Shown: positions 1 to 12,707, counted from the whole stretch's first letter. The stretch: DNA of 58,587 nt, filler included, from Sphacelaria rigidula (GCA_964200075.2; 9 parts of 9 records of this genome joined end to end with filler, not necessarily neighbours in it); one strand, 5' to 3'. Translations and numbers: made by a program. The notes: generated by a model from the sequence alone, not told the origin.

Positions 1-360
1 TTGTTCGGCCCGAAGCCTACTGATGATCTTGCATATGGAAGACAGCCTACAATGAGTTGCTTCATTTTCTGGTATCGCCACTTCCAGAGACAGCCACGGC
101 TTACACAGGGCCTCATGGGTGTCTCACCATTCAAACAATACGTGGTACGATCATTCCCTGTACGCGGAGTTGAGGTTTTCCCCCGCCGCACAACACGATC
201 TAGCTAGACGACCAGAATGGTTGCCGCAAAAAAACGCGAGCGAAAAAACCCCGGTAACCTAGTTGCCTTCGCTTACGCGGTTTGTGGCGTGTTTTACAGC
301 GCCGTTGCCAACCGACGCCAACGGTTAAAGGGGGGGAAAGCCGGAGTCCGCGCGGGGGGA
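1..360 (+). repeat. G-run-bracketed dispersed repeat, family A (3' part)
   Basis: Near-colinear with 1464-1800 and the reverse complement of 46775-46920; ends near G-runs at about 329-359. Confidence 0.85.
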
Positions 361-965
361 ATGATGAACTACTGTCGACCTTGATTGTTTGGGAACAAAG
401 TAAAATTCGGTTACCACCCGAGAGAGCGAAACAGCGGCGCCATAAGCAACCTGCAGGGGAACTTTCAACATGGTTTCGCCGACAATCCGGGTCTCATAGT
501 ATTTTGTTAATGGTGATGGTGTTTGTTCTTATCCAGTCAATCTTATCGTCGTGTATGTACGCATCGATATTTAGGTTTTCAATTGCTATACACGTGAGTA
601 CATGGTAACGACGGTATCCAACGTAAAGTAAGATTCCTCCACATACTGCAGTTCTAACTAAAACAATGTCAAGTTTACACACGGTACTTGTACAATGTGT
701 GTAGGCAGAATCATATCCTCCTGATCCCCACATCTACTTTCAAAGACTGCGGTGAGTGGTACTCTTTTCGCACAAAAGACATTTTCAGCCAGACTATATA
801 GTGCAGCAAAACAGACCGACGAAACTTATCAGCTGACATACAATCGTCGTGCAGAATCCCTGCTTGCCGACCTCGGTAAAATACTGTGATAGGATGGGAT
901 GTATAGTCTGAGAAAAAGTACGGAGAGCAGCAAACCAGCGTCATCTGTGGCTTATCGGTGCACAG

Positions 966-1076
966 GTTATTAAAGCGCCACCACCGCCCTTGCCGGAGGT
1001 GTATAGCCAGGAAGCGACGGCGCTCGCCCGATGGATGCTGCAGAAAGATCCACATCGACGCCCTACTCTAACTCGG
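966..1076 (+). CDS. NEK-like Ser/Thr kinase, exon with kinase subdomains X-XI
   Basis: cacag| and |gtaaga boundaries, 111 nt, phase 0; VIKAPPPPLPEVYSQEATALARWMLQKDPHRRPTLTR fits the kinase C-lobe pattern PPLP..YS......ML.KDP..RPT typical of NIMA-related kinases. Confidence 0.85.
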
Positions 1077-1332
1077 GTAAGAGACGTAGGTGTCGTGTTG
1101 AAATCTCCTGTACTTTAGCGCCACTGATGTCTCTCCGTCGGGCAGTTGACAATAGCCGGCTTGATTCGATCTATCAATTCATGCAGGTCGAGATAGCGAC
1201 GAGAGTAACAGTGCACGCGCGGTTGTGAGACACTGCCCCACAGAGGCTTCCTCGCTCACACCAAGACAGTCTCCTCTCCTGGAAGAAAAACGCGGACTTG
1301 AAGGTCGTGAAAAAGAACCCGCACGTCTTTCG

Positions 1333-1860
1333 TGGGGAGTGTACTCATGATCATGCATGCCGTAGTCATATGACCATTGGCCTCGAATCCCTACNNNNNN
1401 NNNNCGCGAAGCGCCGTGGTATGTTCGGCGAGTTGCATGAAGGGTGGGCTGCATCCTGCTAAGATTGTTCGGCCCGAAGTCTACTGATTATCTCGCGATT
1501 GGATGACAGCCTCCGATGAGTTGTTTGATTTTCTGGTATCGCCACTTCCAGAGAGAGCCACGGCTTACGCACTGCCTCATGGGTGTCTCACCATGTAAAC
1601 ACTACGTAGTACGATCATCCTCTTTGTGCGGAGGTAAGGTTCTCCCACGCCGCACAACATGGTCTACCTCGACTACTATCATGGTTACCGCAAAAGAAAC
1701 GCGAATGCACAAAACAAAACTGATAACCTGGTTGCCTAGCTTACGCAGTGAGTGGCGTGTTCTTCAGCGTCGTTGCCAACCGACGCCAACCTCATGGGGG
1801 GCCCGCTCCTACAAAGCCGGGACGGAGCACGCCGAGTTCTCGCCGGACCAGGCTGCGTCT
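1333..1860 (+). repeat. G-run-bracketed repeat family A, near-complete intronic copy plus partial second head
   Basis: Head GGGG..GTACTCATGATCATGCATGCCGTAGTCAT, 10-N gap at 1395-1404, body matches 1-330; partial head again at about 1808-1855. Confidence 0.85.
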
Positions 1861-2136
1861 TCTCGTGGGGAAGATAATATTTGTGGCTGTCAAGCCAGTC
1901 ACGTCATGTACGACTCGCACATGCTACGTGTCCTTTTGCATTATTTTCCACCAGGCGAAGATCGACTGCATTTTCATGCTCACACATGGTACGCTGAACT
2001 AGTCTACACACACCTCGTCCACCTGCCCGCCCACGCGCTTGCCCACCTGCTCGCCCGACTCTCTCTACCGCCCTTGTCGCCGCGACAATGACGGGGCGGT
2101 TTCATCGCTCCATATTTTCGTCCTCACTATCCTAAG

Positions 2137-2250
2137 ATCCTCGCTTGTCAGCCGCTTCGGCGACATATGAACTCGTTCGTGAAGAACTACCGTCCGATGA
2201 ACAAGTCAGAGCGCCAGCGGCGACACGATATCAAGGATCTTGAATCCCAG
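2137..2250 (+). CDS. NEK-like kinase, exon with end of kinase domain and linker
   Basis: cctaag| and |gtggga boundaries, 114 nt, phase 0; ILACQPLRRHMNSFVKNYRPMNKSERQRRHDIKDLESQ continues RPTLTR-ILxxP in frame. Confidence 0.8.
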
Positions 2251-2475
2251 GTGGGATGAGACTTACCGCAGTATGAGAACCGTATTTATACTGATAGACT
2301 ACGCGCCCGGCTAGACTCGACTCTTTGCCCGGATCTACAGTCAGTGGTTGCGTAGTTGGAGCCGCTACAACCGGCAAATCAATACGATACTTTTAGTTCC
2401 GCGCATCCACGTGTTCGTTCGCCGCCCCCTCCCCCCCCCGCCCGCCCAAATATCACGTGCTCATTGATCATCCAG

Positions 2476-4299
2476 GTGGCTTTTATCCTCGAGAACGGCG
2501 GGGACGACCCACAAATCCCCGCAGACGTAGATGACGGCTGCGGCAGCCTGCCGCTCACCGTCGGTCAGGAAGACACCTTCGCGCTTCACGGATCCGGATC
2601 GGGCGCGAAAAGCCAACCACTGGAAGAGCGAGGACTGGGGGGAGAAATAGATGTCAATGATGGCGGCGGAGGCGGAGGTGGATTAATGACGGCAGCGATC
2701 ACCAGAGCTGTGACTGCGGACAGCGTTGTAAGGGGACGCAACCACAGCGTAGGCAAGGCGGTTACGGAAGGTCTGGCGACGGTGTCTGCATCGCTGAGCA
2801 CGGATGACGAGCCGGGGGGGGTCGGGGGGGCATGCGCACGTTGCGGAGCACGAGCACCCTGCGCTTGTGGCAATGGTTACAGCGGTACTACCACGCCAGG
2901 CGGGCGTCGGTTCGGGTCTCCCCGGCCCAGCAAGGGGGCTCGGAGTGTCATGTCGTGGAGAACGCCGCCCATGGATAGGGACGAGAAGGCCGGTGAAGGT
3001 GAGAAGGACGGGTATAGTAGTAGTGGTGGCCGTCGAGGTTCAAGGTTATCGAGTGATGGCAGAGAACGGAACTGCAGCGGTGACGGCAATAGAGATAGCG
3101 GAGGCGGCGGCGATGGCACCGGCGGCGGCGATAGCGGCGGCGGAGGACGTGGCGGTAGAAATAGTGACGGTAGCTCCTTGGAATCGTCGGGTTTAATAGT
3201 AACGGCTGATGACAAAAAATTGAGCGGAAGGAATACGCCATCATGTGACAGTGCTCGCCGAAAACGTAATCGCTCGACGCGATTCAGCACGGCGTCAAGT
3301 GACGACAGAAACAACACATTTTGTGACGTTGTCGATAATAGTGGTGTTAGTTCTGTCATATACACAAGAAGTCCCGCTGAGGTGTCCGCGGCCCTGGAGC
3401 CTGCGCGACGGCCATCATCCCCGCGTTCCCCGCGTTCCCCGCGTTCCCCAGCTTCGTCAAACCCAAGGCGAAAGAGCGGCGGCGGCAGTCGTGCGATAGG
3501 TCTCAATGACAGCAATGATAGAGGGAGGTGTAATAGCGAAAAAGCAAGTTTGGGGGGAGGGACGGAGGAGGCGGGGCGGGGAGTAGGGGACGTCAAGAAC
3601 GCAGGGGGAGACACCTGCGCTGTTTCCGTCACGCAGATGACACATCTACCGCTAGCTGTCCGAATAGAACAAGAAAGAGAAAGCGGGGGCGATGGTGATG
3701 GCGGGGATGCTGGACTACCGCTAGGTTATGGTGCGGTAACGCGGGCAGCGAAGACTGAGCGACGACGTAGCAGTGACAGCAGCAGCAGCAGCAGCAGCAG
3801 CAGCAAAGATTCTGCAATAGTCGGATCTCGGCAAAGCTCTTCAGCGGCGAGGATCGTCACCGCGGCGGCACCTGGAATCACGAAATCTGCGACCCCCGCC
3901 ATTGCATTTCGGGGTAGCCCACAGACACCGCGCTCGGCGTGCTTACCAGAAAATTCCTCCAAAACGGGCAAGAGGTTGTCAGAAGCGCTGACGTTCGCCG
4001 CAGCAGTCCCTCTCTCCGACCGTAATGCGAGGACGATGGAGCATTCGTCTGCCGCGGCAGCCGCAGCGGTGATCACGAATGCGCGGGGTACGACGGCGGC
4101 GCTAGATGGTGCCGAGTCAACATCGTCCGTAGTCCCAGTAGCATTGGCGATGGAAACATCAGCCCCGAATCAGACGCGACGAGAAGATAGCGAGTCTTCT
4201 ACCGCCCCCAAGGAGCGTATCCAAGGCACTGCAAAGCGGCGAAGTAGTAGTGCTGCAGAGGAAAGCGACGGAGCGCGGGGTATAGAAGCTTCCGTGTGA
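2476..4299 (+). CDS. NEK-like kinase, large exon encoding a disordered Gly/Ser/Ala-rich tail
   Basis: atccag|GTG acceptor in phase 0 with the previous exon and in frame with the 647-aa ORF; poly-G, poly-S and SPR repeats; may end at the TGA or at a donor a few bases before it. Confidence 0.75.
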   Translation: MAFILENGGDDPQIPADVDDGCGSLPLTVGQEDTFALHGSGSGAKSQPLEERGLGGEIDVNDGGGGGGGLMTAAITRAVTADSVVRGRNHSVGKAVTEGLATVSASLSTDDEPGGVGGACARCGARAPCACGNGYSGTTTPGGRRFGSPRPSKGARSVMSWRTPPMDRDEKAGEGEKDGYSSSGGRRGSRLSSDGRERNCSGDGNRDSGGGGDGTGGGDSGGGGRGGRNSDGSSLESSGLIVTADDKKLSGRNTPSCDSARRKRNRSTRFSTASSDDRNNTFCDVVDNSGVSSVIYTRSPAEVSAALEPARRPSSPRSPRSPRSPASSNPRRKSGGGSRAIGLNDSNDRGRCNSEKASLGGGTEEAGRGVGDVKNAGGDTCAVSVTQMTHLPLAVRIEQERESGGDGDGGDAGLPLGYGAVTRAAKTERRRSSDSSSSSSSSSKDSAIVGSRQSSSAARIVTAAAPGITKSATPAIAFRGSPQTPRSACLPENSSKTGKRLSEALTFAAAVPLSDRNARTMEHSSAAAAAAVITNARGTTAALDGAESTSSVVPVALAMETSAPNQTRREDSESSTAPKERIQGTAKRRSSSAAEESDGARGIEASV

Positions 4300-4880
4300 A
4301 GTGCAACGCTCGTTGTATGTATGTTAGTGGTAGTACTTTGCGAGGAGCGCAACTCGATGTGATTCCTTCGAACAGTGTAGAGGAAACATGTATCATTTGA
4401 CGCAACGCAACTTTCCGCCGATCGCCGCTCCATGAACAAGGCAACGCAGATTCGGGATTTATCTCTGGTCGAAGACACACCGATATCCATGTGATGTCCA
4501 TGCCTCTTTTTCTTATCTCACACATTTCGGATAGCACGGATGCATGTGATTCGGACGAGTCGTTCATATGAACCATAAGTGCAGCGCGTGCAGAGATGAG
4601 GATGTTCGGGCGTACGAATCTGAGTCGAATCCTAGCTGAGGCCCATGCTCCGAAAATCCTTGGGCATACACATGCGTGCTGAAGACGTGCGTCTGACCGC
4701 TCAATACATAAACGTCGGAACGCATGGATATAATGAGGCATGTGTGTCTGTTTGTTTGGCCACCCAATCTTGATGACGCGAGAAACGGTGTGCCGTTGAC
4801 ACTTTTTCTTCGCGTTGTGTGGTCCTCCGTTGGCTGACCGCGACGGCATTTGTCACGCCACGCTGAACGCCGACGGCAAG

Positions 4881-5042
4881 GCACGAGAGAAGTACACAGA
4901 AAGAAGTGAACATCAGCTGGGCGTCAGGAAATAGTGGCATGAGCACGAGTGCTGCTGGCGTTTTACCTGTCAGAAATGAGATGGCGGAAACACAAGGCAG
5001 TGTGCAGAGTAAACGGACACAGTCGATGTTACTGCACGTTGA
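4881..5042 (+). CDS. Possible further exon of the NEK-like gene
   Basis: ggcaag| acceptor, open frame HERSTQKEVNISWASGNSG...SMLLH, possible |gtcagt donor; no motif support. Confidence 0.25.
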
Positions 5043-6346
5043 GTCAGTCGTTGACTGGCTATTAGTACACACAACACGGTTGTACGCAAGTGATCCTTAC
5101 CAACAATAACCGCCAAAATACGACCAAACATATATACTGTAGCCCCCTGATCACGTATGTATACTAGTACGCTGAAGTACGTGCATATTGAAGGGCTACA
5201 GTACTATGAAGAAAGTGTCTTGCCATGTCAACACACGAATAGCGACTGCCAGACTGAGCGGGAGTTTTTGGACGAACGCGACAAGGCACAACAGCATGGA
5301 TGGCTCGGCATATATTTTTCAAAAACTTTTTGGGGCGACTTATCATCGTCGAATGCTATAAATCATCCAGTCATATCAATCCGACGAGGTTCGTCGGGGT
5401 TGCCAAGGCCGATTTTCAGGCCGCTTATAATCGACACGGTTTGTATGATCATTTCATTTTTCAGAGATTTTGAAGTTTTTCGGGACTGGCATGGTACGCG
5501 ATGACTCTCGAATGCTTGCGAGCGCCACGTCGCACACACAGGGTAGCTGTCCGAAGTGCTGCGTTACAGTCCATTTTTTTCAGACTTTTCTTCTCGCTTC
5601 GGAGAAAAACATATTTTAGCAGAGAGCAGACTGTACCCTCCTGGTTCGTTTACAAAAAAGGGTACTCGCACGTGTGGAAATAAATTAGAAAAAGGGTCGG
5701 GCGTGCTGCCCACCTTGGGATTGGGGATGAGGTGCTGGAACGTGCTTTCGAGATGTTCAACCCGCGTGCAGTGCCACGCCCCAAACCGCAAAAAACAGCC
5801 GATCATCGATATTGAGGACGGGACTTTTCGTTGAGGATGAGGAAGTCCCGTAACGAACGGCGCACGGAAAGTGCCCACACATTCATTCCCCGAAAACACT
5901 TCGATAGTTCTTGGATAAAAACGCGAGCTTGGCAAAAATAAACTACGGTCACCGGAAACTCAAAGGTGCCCTCAAGCCGTCTCGAGTTTAGCTTGATCCG
6001 ACGGACCGTCCGTAACTCAAAAGCCGGCGTGACCCCTCTTCAACCTTTTTTGTAATCCAACTCGCTGCTGATCACAACAACTGTTCTTACTAATTCGTAC
6101 TGAAATCGGCCGCTGAAAAACATTGTTGCATTTGTACTGGGTCAAACCTGAACTCCAAGTTAAAAAAAGGCGCTTTTGCTTGTTTGAAATTAGAATCCAG
6201 GTCCTGACCTGCATGTACAAAATATAGAACACAAACTCCCCCCACCATATCGAAGTTTGGGAAAGTCCTCCAGGCGAATTTTGACGTCGAATCTGGTTTT
6301 GCCCTCGCTTTCGGAGGGATGCGGTCACCCCTCAAACAAAAGGGCG

Positions 6347-6422
6347 CGGGGGGTGTACTCATGATCATGCATACCATAGTCATCAGACCATTGACCTCGC
6401 ATCCCTACAAAGCCGGGACGGA
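6347..6422 (+). repeat. Family A head, truncated by contig end
   Basis: G-run then GTACTCATGATCATGCATACCATAGTCATCAGACCATTGACCTCGCATCCCTACAAAGCCGGGACGGA. Confidence 0.9.
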
Positions 6423-6522
6423 NNNNNNNNNNNNNNNNNNNNNNNNNNNNNNNNNNNNNNNNNNNNTTAATTAATTAANNNNNNNNNNNNNNNNNNNNNN
6501 NNNNNNNNNNNNNNNNNNNNNN
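6423..6522. other. Artificial contig linker
   Basis: N44-TTAATTAATTAA-N44, stops in all six frames; identical at 8 places. Confidence 0.99.
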
Positions 6523-8383
6523 GGACACAATCCCGGGGAGCGGTTGATTCTCATTTCAAAATACGTTCTCATTTTTCTGGCAACCCTGTTAGGTATCGCT
6601 TTTATTTTGTACTCAGATTGCCTCTCAAGTATCGTTTCGGCAGTCGTTTTTCCCTCAGGTCTAATGATTTTGTTGTGGGGATCTCAGAAATAGTAAAAGG
6701 TTTACATAAACAGATAGACAAGGCGCAAGAATACACTAGGCAATGGAGAGTGACAGCGAATGTAAAAAGAGTGAATCTGGAGCATAACATTAATATGCGA
6801 ATGGAATACGACATATTGCACATGCCATGCGTGCTTCGAAACGCCTACTATATGTACAGCCGATATCTGCCGTAACATGTATGTGAGCGACCCTCTGGGT
6901 GCCCAACGACAAGAGCGTGCGAGACGCCAGTTTTGTTTTCTTGGGGGGGGATGTATGAAACAGCAAACACTTGTGGAGACCTTCTTGACATGCGGAGTGA
7001 AAAAAGATACCTATGGTGGTGATCTAACCGTTGCGAGCGTGGTGCAGAGGGGTGCGCCCATGCTGCAATCTGGAGCACGCGAGCTAGCTACGTGAACACC
7101 TCGGCACAGTTGCTTCCAAGGATGAATTCCGATGTGACAAGGTCACGCATTACCACCTGGGGCGAAATATGAACCCACGAAGAACAAGGGTGCTCTATGA
7201 TCAACCACTTGTCGTTACATTTGGCACCCACGCCATCAACCGCGAACCTCGAAGGTCTTGTGGCTTTCAAGCAACGCTGGCGGTAGGACGGCAGGCAAAC
7301 CGACCATAGCTAGTTTTCGTCACTCTACTGGACTGGCTGGCGTCTGCATAGAGGTCGCCCGGCGTAGCAACATGTACCAAATTCCGCAACCTCTGTAAAA
7401 ATAAAACAGTTCGGTTTTCCCAACTACATATACATGATTAAAAGGACTCTTGTGGTCTGAGGGAAAGTGGCCGCTTTGGGTCCGTCCACACGAGCGAAGA
7501 TACTGTAGAACAGCAATACCAAACTTTCCTGGCATGGCGATACCGCACTCAGTGCAAAACGGATCAGAAATTGACGCTTGAGCGTTCTTATTAGAAAGCA
7601 ACGGGCATCAAACGGTTCACAGGTTGGAACACGCGGAGTTTCATAGAGGAGAACCTTTATGTTTCCCCGCGAGTTTTACATGCAGGTTTCAAGCACACGT
7701 AGAGGACCTGCTTCCCAGTATGCCATAGACAATAAGTTGCAAATTATTGTTATTTCTCGGGCAGACAGGAGACAGCGTCAAGCAGTTGCACGCTGGGCCG
7801 AGGGGCCCCATATCGGAAAATGACGGCACCACCGCCCCCTAGGTCGCCCAAACCTCATTCTCGGGCTGGAGAAGGGGAGTGGGGGGGGACCCCCGGGTAT
7901 CATTTTTGAGGAGGGGGAGGAGGGGGGTACCCCCTTGATCGATGGACGATGGCAACGGTAGTTGCTGTGTGTGCGCGGGCGCATCGGTTTAAAACACACA
8001 TCAATGTATTTAAAATATGCTTCTTGCTGCTGTGTTCGACACTGCGTACACTGCGTACCAACCGCAGCGTGAGGCCTTCGGCGGTACTACCTGCTCACTG
8101 CACAGCGGCAGGGTGCGGGGTCACGAAGCACACCGCAGGACGTCACATCCTTAACCTATCCCTGTCCTATGCAGTTCGCCACATCATGAACGCAGCCGCT
8201 TGAATCGGCGGCCAAGGTGTACGCGGGTTACACCCCTCACTACGCGCTATATCGCTACGCCACACTTTGCAAAGCTGTCCGTGTTGCAGCCACAGCGTGC
8301 GTTTGCCCCAGGTGGTGCACGCAGGAGTGAAAGGCCGCCTCCGCCGCTGTATGTATCTTGGGCGAAGCTGCATGTTAATACAG

Positions 8384-8463
8384 CCGCGGCTGGTGCGCCC
8401 ACATATACCGAAAGGCGGAGACCGGCGTCCACAATAGATGGCACGACTACACAAACAACACAC
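8384..8463 (+). mobile_element. SINE 3' fragment
   Basis: Matches 23107-23190 (GGCTGGTGCGCCCACATATACCGAAAGG, ACAAC/ACAC tail). Confidence 0.75.
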
Positions 8464-9399
8464 TGGGCGCAGTACACTTTCAACATGTTGTTCGTACTGA
8501 CTGTAGAAATCTGTCCACCGTCTGGTACATTTCCACATGCAAATGTATGTAATGTTACTCGGTAAGATTGTGAAACAAATCCGCGACATCTTGGCAGACT
8601 GCAGGTGAGGCAATCGCAGAATTATTCACCGACAAACTCTGTTCCATTGCACTGTAAGTTGATATCGCTAGAAGGACACTACCATAACCACCGTGCCGGC
8701 TGCCAGACTGTCATGACGTAGGATCCGCTAGCATTGCTACTGTCTGTGCGGGGATGTTGCCCCCTTGTCGGATACGTGGGGAAGGATCCGTGGCAGAACG
8801 CAGTGGTCGCGTCAAGCAGCTGCACGCTGGGCGTTCTCACTCAAGACTTCGATTTGGAAGATGATACTAGGTAGACAGCAGCAACTGCTGTGTGTCCAGG
8901 TGTCCCTTGAAGCAAGATGCGTTCGGTGTCTATTTGAAAAAGTATTGCCCCAAAAAACGAAATCGATAGGGGTTTGAGAGTGAAAAAAATCTAGCAAGAA
9001 AATCGCAAAAATGGAGTCGCAAAAAGCGTGTCGCAAAAAACCGGATAGTTACCCGCAGCAGAAACCAAATTCACTTCGTGAAATTAGAGCGTGTGGGACT
9101 CCCGCTCATCATCGCAATTTTGTGTTGCATTGATGATGCTTCTTCTCTTGTTTCACCCCGCTGGACATCTATACGCCATGATCTTCCGATCAACCTTTCC
9201 TTCCACGAAAAAAAAGTAACGATAAAACCAAAATATTTACCTATCCTACTACTACTCTCTGCTACCACTCTCTTCCGCATGCATGGCTGCGTTCTGCAGA
9301 ATCCATGAAACACACCAGACGACGCCGTAACATGAGAAGAAACGACGAAGATAGAAAAACAAAAACAAAAAATAACGGTCAGCAACTAATGATAAAGAA

Positions 9400-12275
9400 A
9401 GAAGCACGACGACGTGTTGACACGGACGTACACGTCGCGAGAGTATTTATTTGAGAAGCTACTTCTATACATTACTCAGCCAAGCAGCGCCGTGCAGCGA
9501 CAGCAGCAGCAGCAGCAGCAGAGCAGCAACGCGCAAGTCATCGACAAACTATGCTACTGTCCGAACTCGCCAAGTAACCACAACATATAAATTAAACGTT
9601 CCTCCCGCGTCAAATCCTCTCTACCGTCATCACCATCACCATCACCATCACCACCGGCTCAACGAAACAACATGCGTACGTAAGTACAAAGCAAAATCTC
9701 CCCGCTCTCCTCCATCCCCATCCCTCGCCTGATTTACCGTCCATAGTTTCCACCAAAACACAAGCGAGTTGTGTTGTGGTTCAGCGTCTCCTCAGTGCTG
9801 TGGTAATCGCGTCCCCCCGCTCCCGCCCCCCCCCCCTCCCCCGCCTTCCCTCCCCTGGTGCAAATATTCCCTCACGGTGCCCGCCTGCTCCCCGACCACA
9901 CTACCCACTACAGCTGAAGACAATAAAGAAGCAATAATGATATGCTTTGTGTGCCCCACTCCTCCAACATGCACCTTGTGTCGAATCGGGTTTCAAACGA
10001 GTGTTTAGCCTTTGACCGGCAGGGTAGGTCATCTGGATCACGTAGCTCATATTCCACCTGAAAACGATGCCGATGCAAACAGATTTACCCGTCTTGGTCG
10101 CCAAAGGGTTAAGAGTACCAGCTGTGACTTGCTCTAGACTACCGAGGTGGACCAACATGCGCAACCGACACGCACGTGGAGCCCATCCGTGGGCGAGAAG
10201 GAAGAGGTGGGCTAGTGAACAGGGGTACCCTTCAAGTGTACAAGAGAATGACAGCATCATCCTGCATCATCATCAGCAACGTGTGCACATATATAAATGG
10301 CGGCCTATACGGGTGGGTAGGATGGGTCCGACGTTTGGATGTTTATTCCTCCCGTTCTCATGTTCCCATCTCGGCTACACTACGCCACGCATAATCTCCA
10401 AAAACACACGACAGAAACAACGAGCAACGTATACACATACAAGAAAGAGAAACAAAAATGTATAATGATACAAGACCCCTACCACACCGCACCGCACAGC
10501 ACAGGCCCGCCTCCGATGCCGTCGGCACCACCCATACAACACATGAACACAAACAACCACACCGTACTTCACCACACAAACGAAAAAAATAAAATAAAAG
10601 AACAGTGAAATTCACTCTCGACCAAGTATCTAAACTGCAAAAAAATAAGGTCAAACCAGCAAAAAAAGTTTGGAAAGCTTCTCACCAACCATCACGGTAG
10701 CTCTGCCGATCCCTTTCCCCCCCCCTAACCCCCGTCCGCCCACGCGCCCCCTACAGCTCAAGGGTTATATACGATAGAAGTGAAACGAGCCACGGTTCGA
10801 AGCACTGTCGCGTGGAGATGAAGTTAGTGAGATCACGGTCGAATTTATGCGAGCAGATGAGCTATCTGTGCGTGAGAACGCAAAATTGTTGTGCACTGAA
10901 TCCCCCCCTCCCCCCTTCCGACTACAACAGTGCCCAACAGTACTCATAATCGCCGAATCCCATCCAACACCCCATCCCGCGTCACCGTTAAGAAGTTAGG
11001 GCTTGCGTGTGTGCCCGGTCATCGAAAACGGAGGGAGGGGGGGGACTTTCATGGTTACTTTACGCTTCCAAGTATTCGAATAATGGTCAAAGCCTCGCGA
11101 TACGGTATATACCCGGTATCACTGGTTGAATCGGTATCATCGACCATTGTGTGTAACCCATGCACCCCCTTTAGAACCCCAAATGTCAAGGGGGGGGTGA
11201 AAAAAAAAGTAAAAAAGAAAACAACACGGCAGTGAGTACATACAGCATACTTGACTGATCAGATCAGATCACACCCATGAAGGCTATAACAGCGCACGGG
11301 TGAGCCATTACTGTGTATCCTTCCTTCCCTTCTTTGACCCAATCATATTTCACTCGCAGCAGCAATCCAGCCGACGGACGGAGAAAAAAATTCAACAAGA
11401 AAAAGAAAAAAAAACGAACCGAAACATGACCCTACACAGACGTACTGTACCTGTAGACGTGAAAGGAACTACTCCTTCTCTCTGCCATCGGCGGAACAGT
11501 CTCACAGTCATGTTCAGAAGGGTCGAATCATACGCAAAGATTTTCTCAACGAATTGTTGGTAAACGCTCAAGTGATGAGAAGGAAAAGCCTTCAACAACT
11601 CTTGTGAAGCGTATAGGTGCTGTGCATACTCACTGAAAATGTCCCCACAATGTCGAAGAAATTTCCACTTAAGAACATAAAACAAACATTTGAGCGAACT
11701 CAATGGGGTGGGGGGGCGTCCTTTTTTCCATCCATCGTTTCTATGTTCTTTTTTTGAACTAATGAATACGAATGATTACAGCTTGTGGATGAAACCCTTA
11801 TTTCGCTCGGGGGGGTGGGGGGGGCGGGGCGATACGAAATGTCTGGCTTCCCGCTGTAATTTTGGACCCATGTATGAATGACTCAGGGATCATCGTCTTT
11901 ATCAACCACCACCACCACCACCATCATCATCGTCATCGTCATCAAAAACGCATTTTACCTCCCAAACGTTCAACGCGTGTGTCTCAATCTCTTAACAAGA
12001 TAAAAAGGGGTTCTTAACGCCATCACTCAATTTCCGTTTACTTGTCTTGCCTCGTGCCCCTTCCCCTACGAACGTCTGATCATCGAATGTAGACAATGGT
12101 TATGAGTTTGAATGAAACGCCCAAAGGTCAACCAATCAATAGATCAATCAATCGACCAAGCAACCAAACCAATCGATCAAACGTCTAGATAAGCTCACGA
12201 AACTTCACTCGAATGCAGTAATAAAAGAATAAAAAGAATCCTACAGTATGAGCCCCCCCCCCGCCCCCCCCCTCT
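9400..12275 (-). other. Probable long 3' UTR or downstream region of the SUN gene, microsatellite-rich
   Basis: Directly 3' of the SUN stop, no recognisable TE coding remnants, (CAG)n, (CAC/CAT)n and strong strand skew; extent uncertain. Confidence 0.4.
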
Positions 12276-12707
12276 TCAACCCTTTACTGCCACTCCGTGC
12301 ACCCGGAACCCATACAAGCATGTCCACACCCCGCCATGATTACTCGTCATCTCCAGCGTAACCCAACCTACAGGAGGAGCCACGTCAAAGATCTTATCGG
12401 ACACGGCAAACGTCTGTACGCTATACTGATCATCCTCCCCGATCAAGTATTCTCCTCTCTCGACCAGCACATACGGTCGCAGGGTAGCATTGTCATTTTC
12501 CAATTCCCCCTCTTCTCCTCCTCCTCCTTGCCGTTCGCGCGATCTCGTTGCCGATCCTCCGGCGGTCCTGCTACTGCCGTCCCCATAGCTATTGATTGTG
12601 CCAGCGGGGTCTTGGGTCCAGCCAGTGACGCGGAACTCCCGGGGGGCGCTCTTTGCTGCCGTAGGGGCCGCAGCCACGCGTGCGTGCTCGATGGACACGT
12701 GCGTCAC
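12276..12707 (-). CDS. SUN (Sad1/UNC-84) domain protein, terminal exon
   Basis: acgaag|GTG acceptor, 144 codons to TGA; VTHVSIEH..SAPREFRVTGW..SVQTF..VTLEMTSNHGGVWTCLYGFRVHG matches the SUN C-terminal signature SNxG..TCLYRFRVHG. Confidence 0.92.
   Translation of the reverse strand: MTHVSIEHARVAAAPTAAKSAPREFRVTGWTQDPAGTINSYGDGSSRTAGGSATRSRERQGGGGEEGELENDNATLRPYVLVERGEYLIGEDDQYSVQTFAVSDKIFDVAPPVGWVTLEMTSNHGGVWTCLYGFRVHGVAVKG

Noticed and set aside
1516..2091. 191-aa ORF and its homologues at 1-207 and 46590-46802
   Set aside because: They lie in repeat family A; frames and stops are not conserved between copies
2356..2475. N-terminal part of the 647-aa ORF
   Set aside because: Starts at TTG inside the intron, upstream of the acceptor at 2475
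2586..4076. Antisense and alternative-frame ORFs over the large kinase exon
   Set aside because: Shadow ORFs of GC-rich coding sequence
10004..10112. Tiny piggyBac-like MITE
   Set aside because: Only one side has TTAA-CCC and the inverted match is weak
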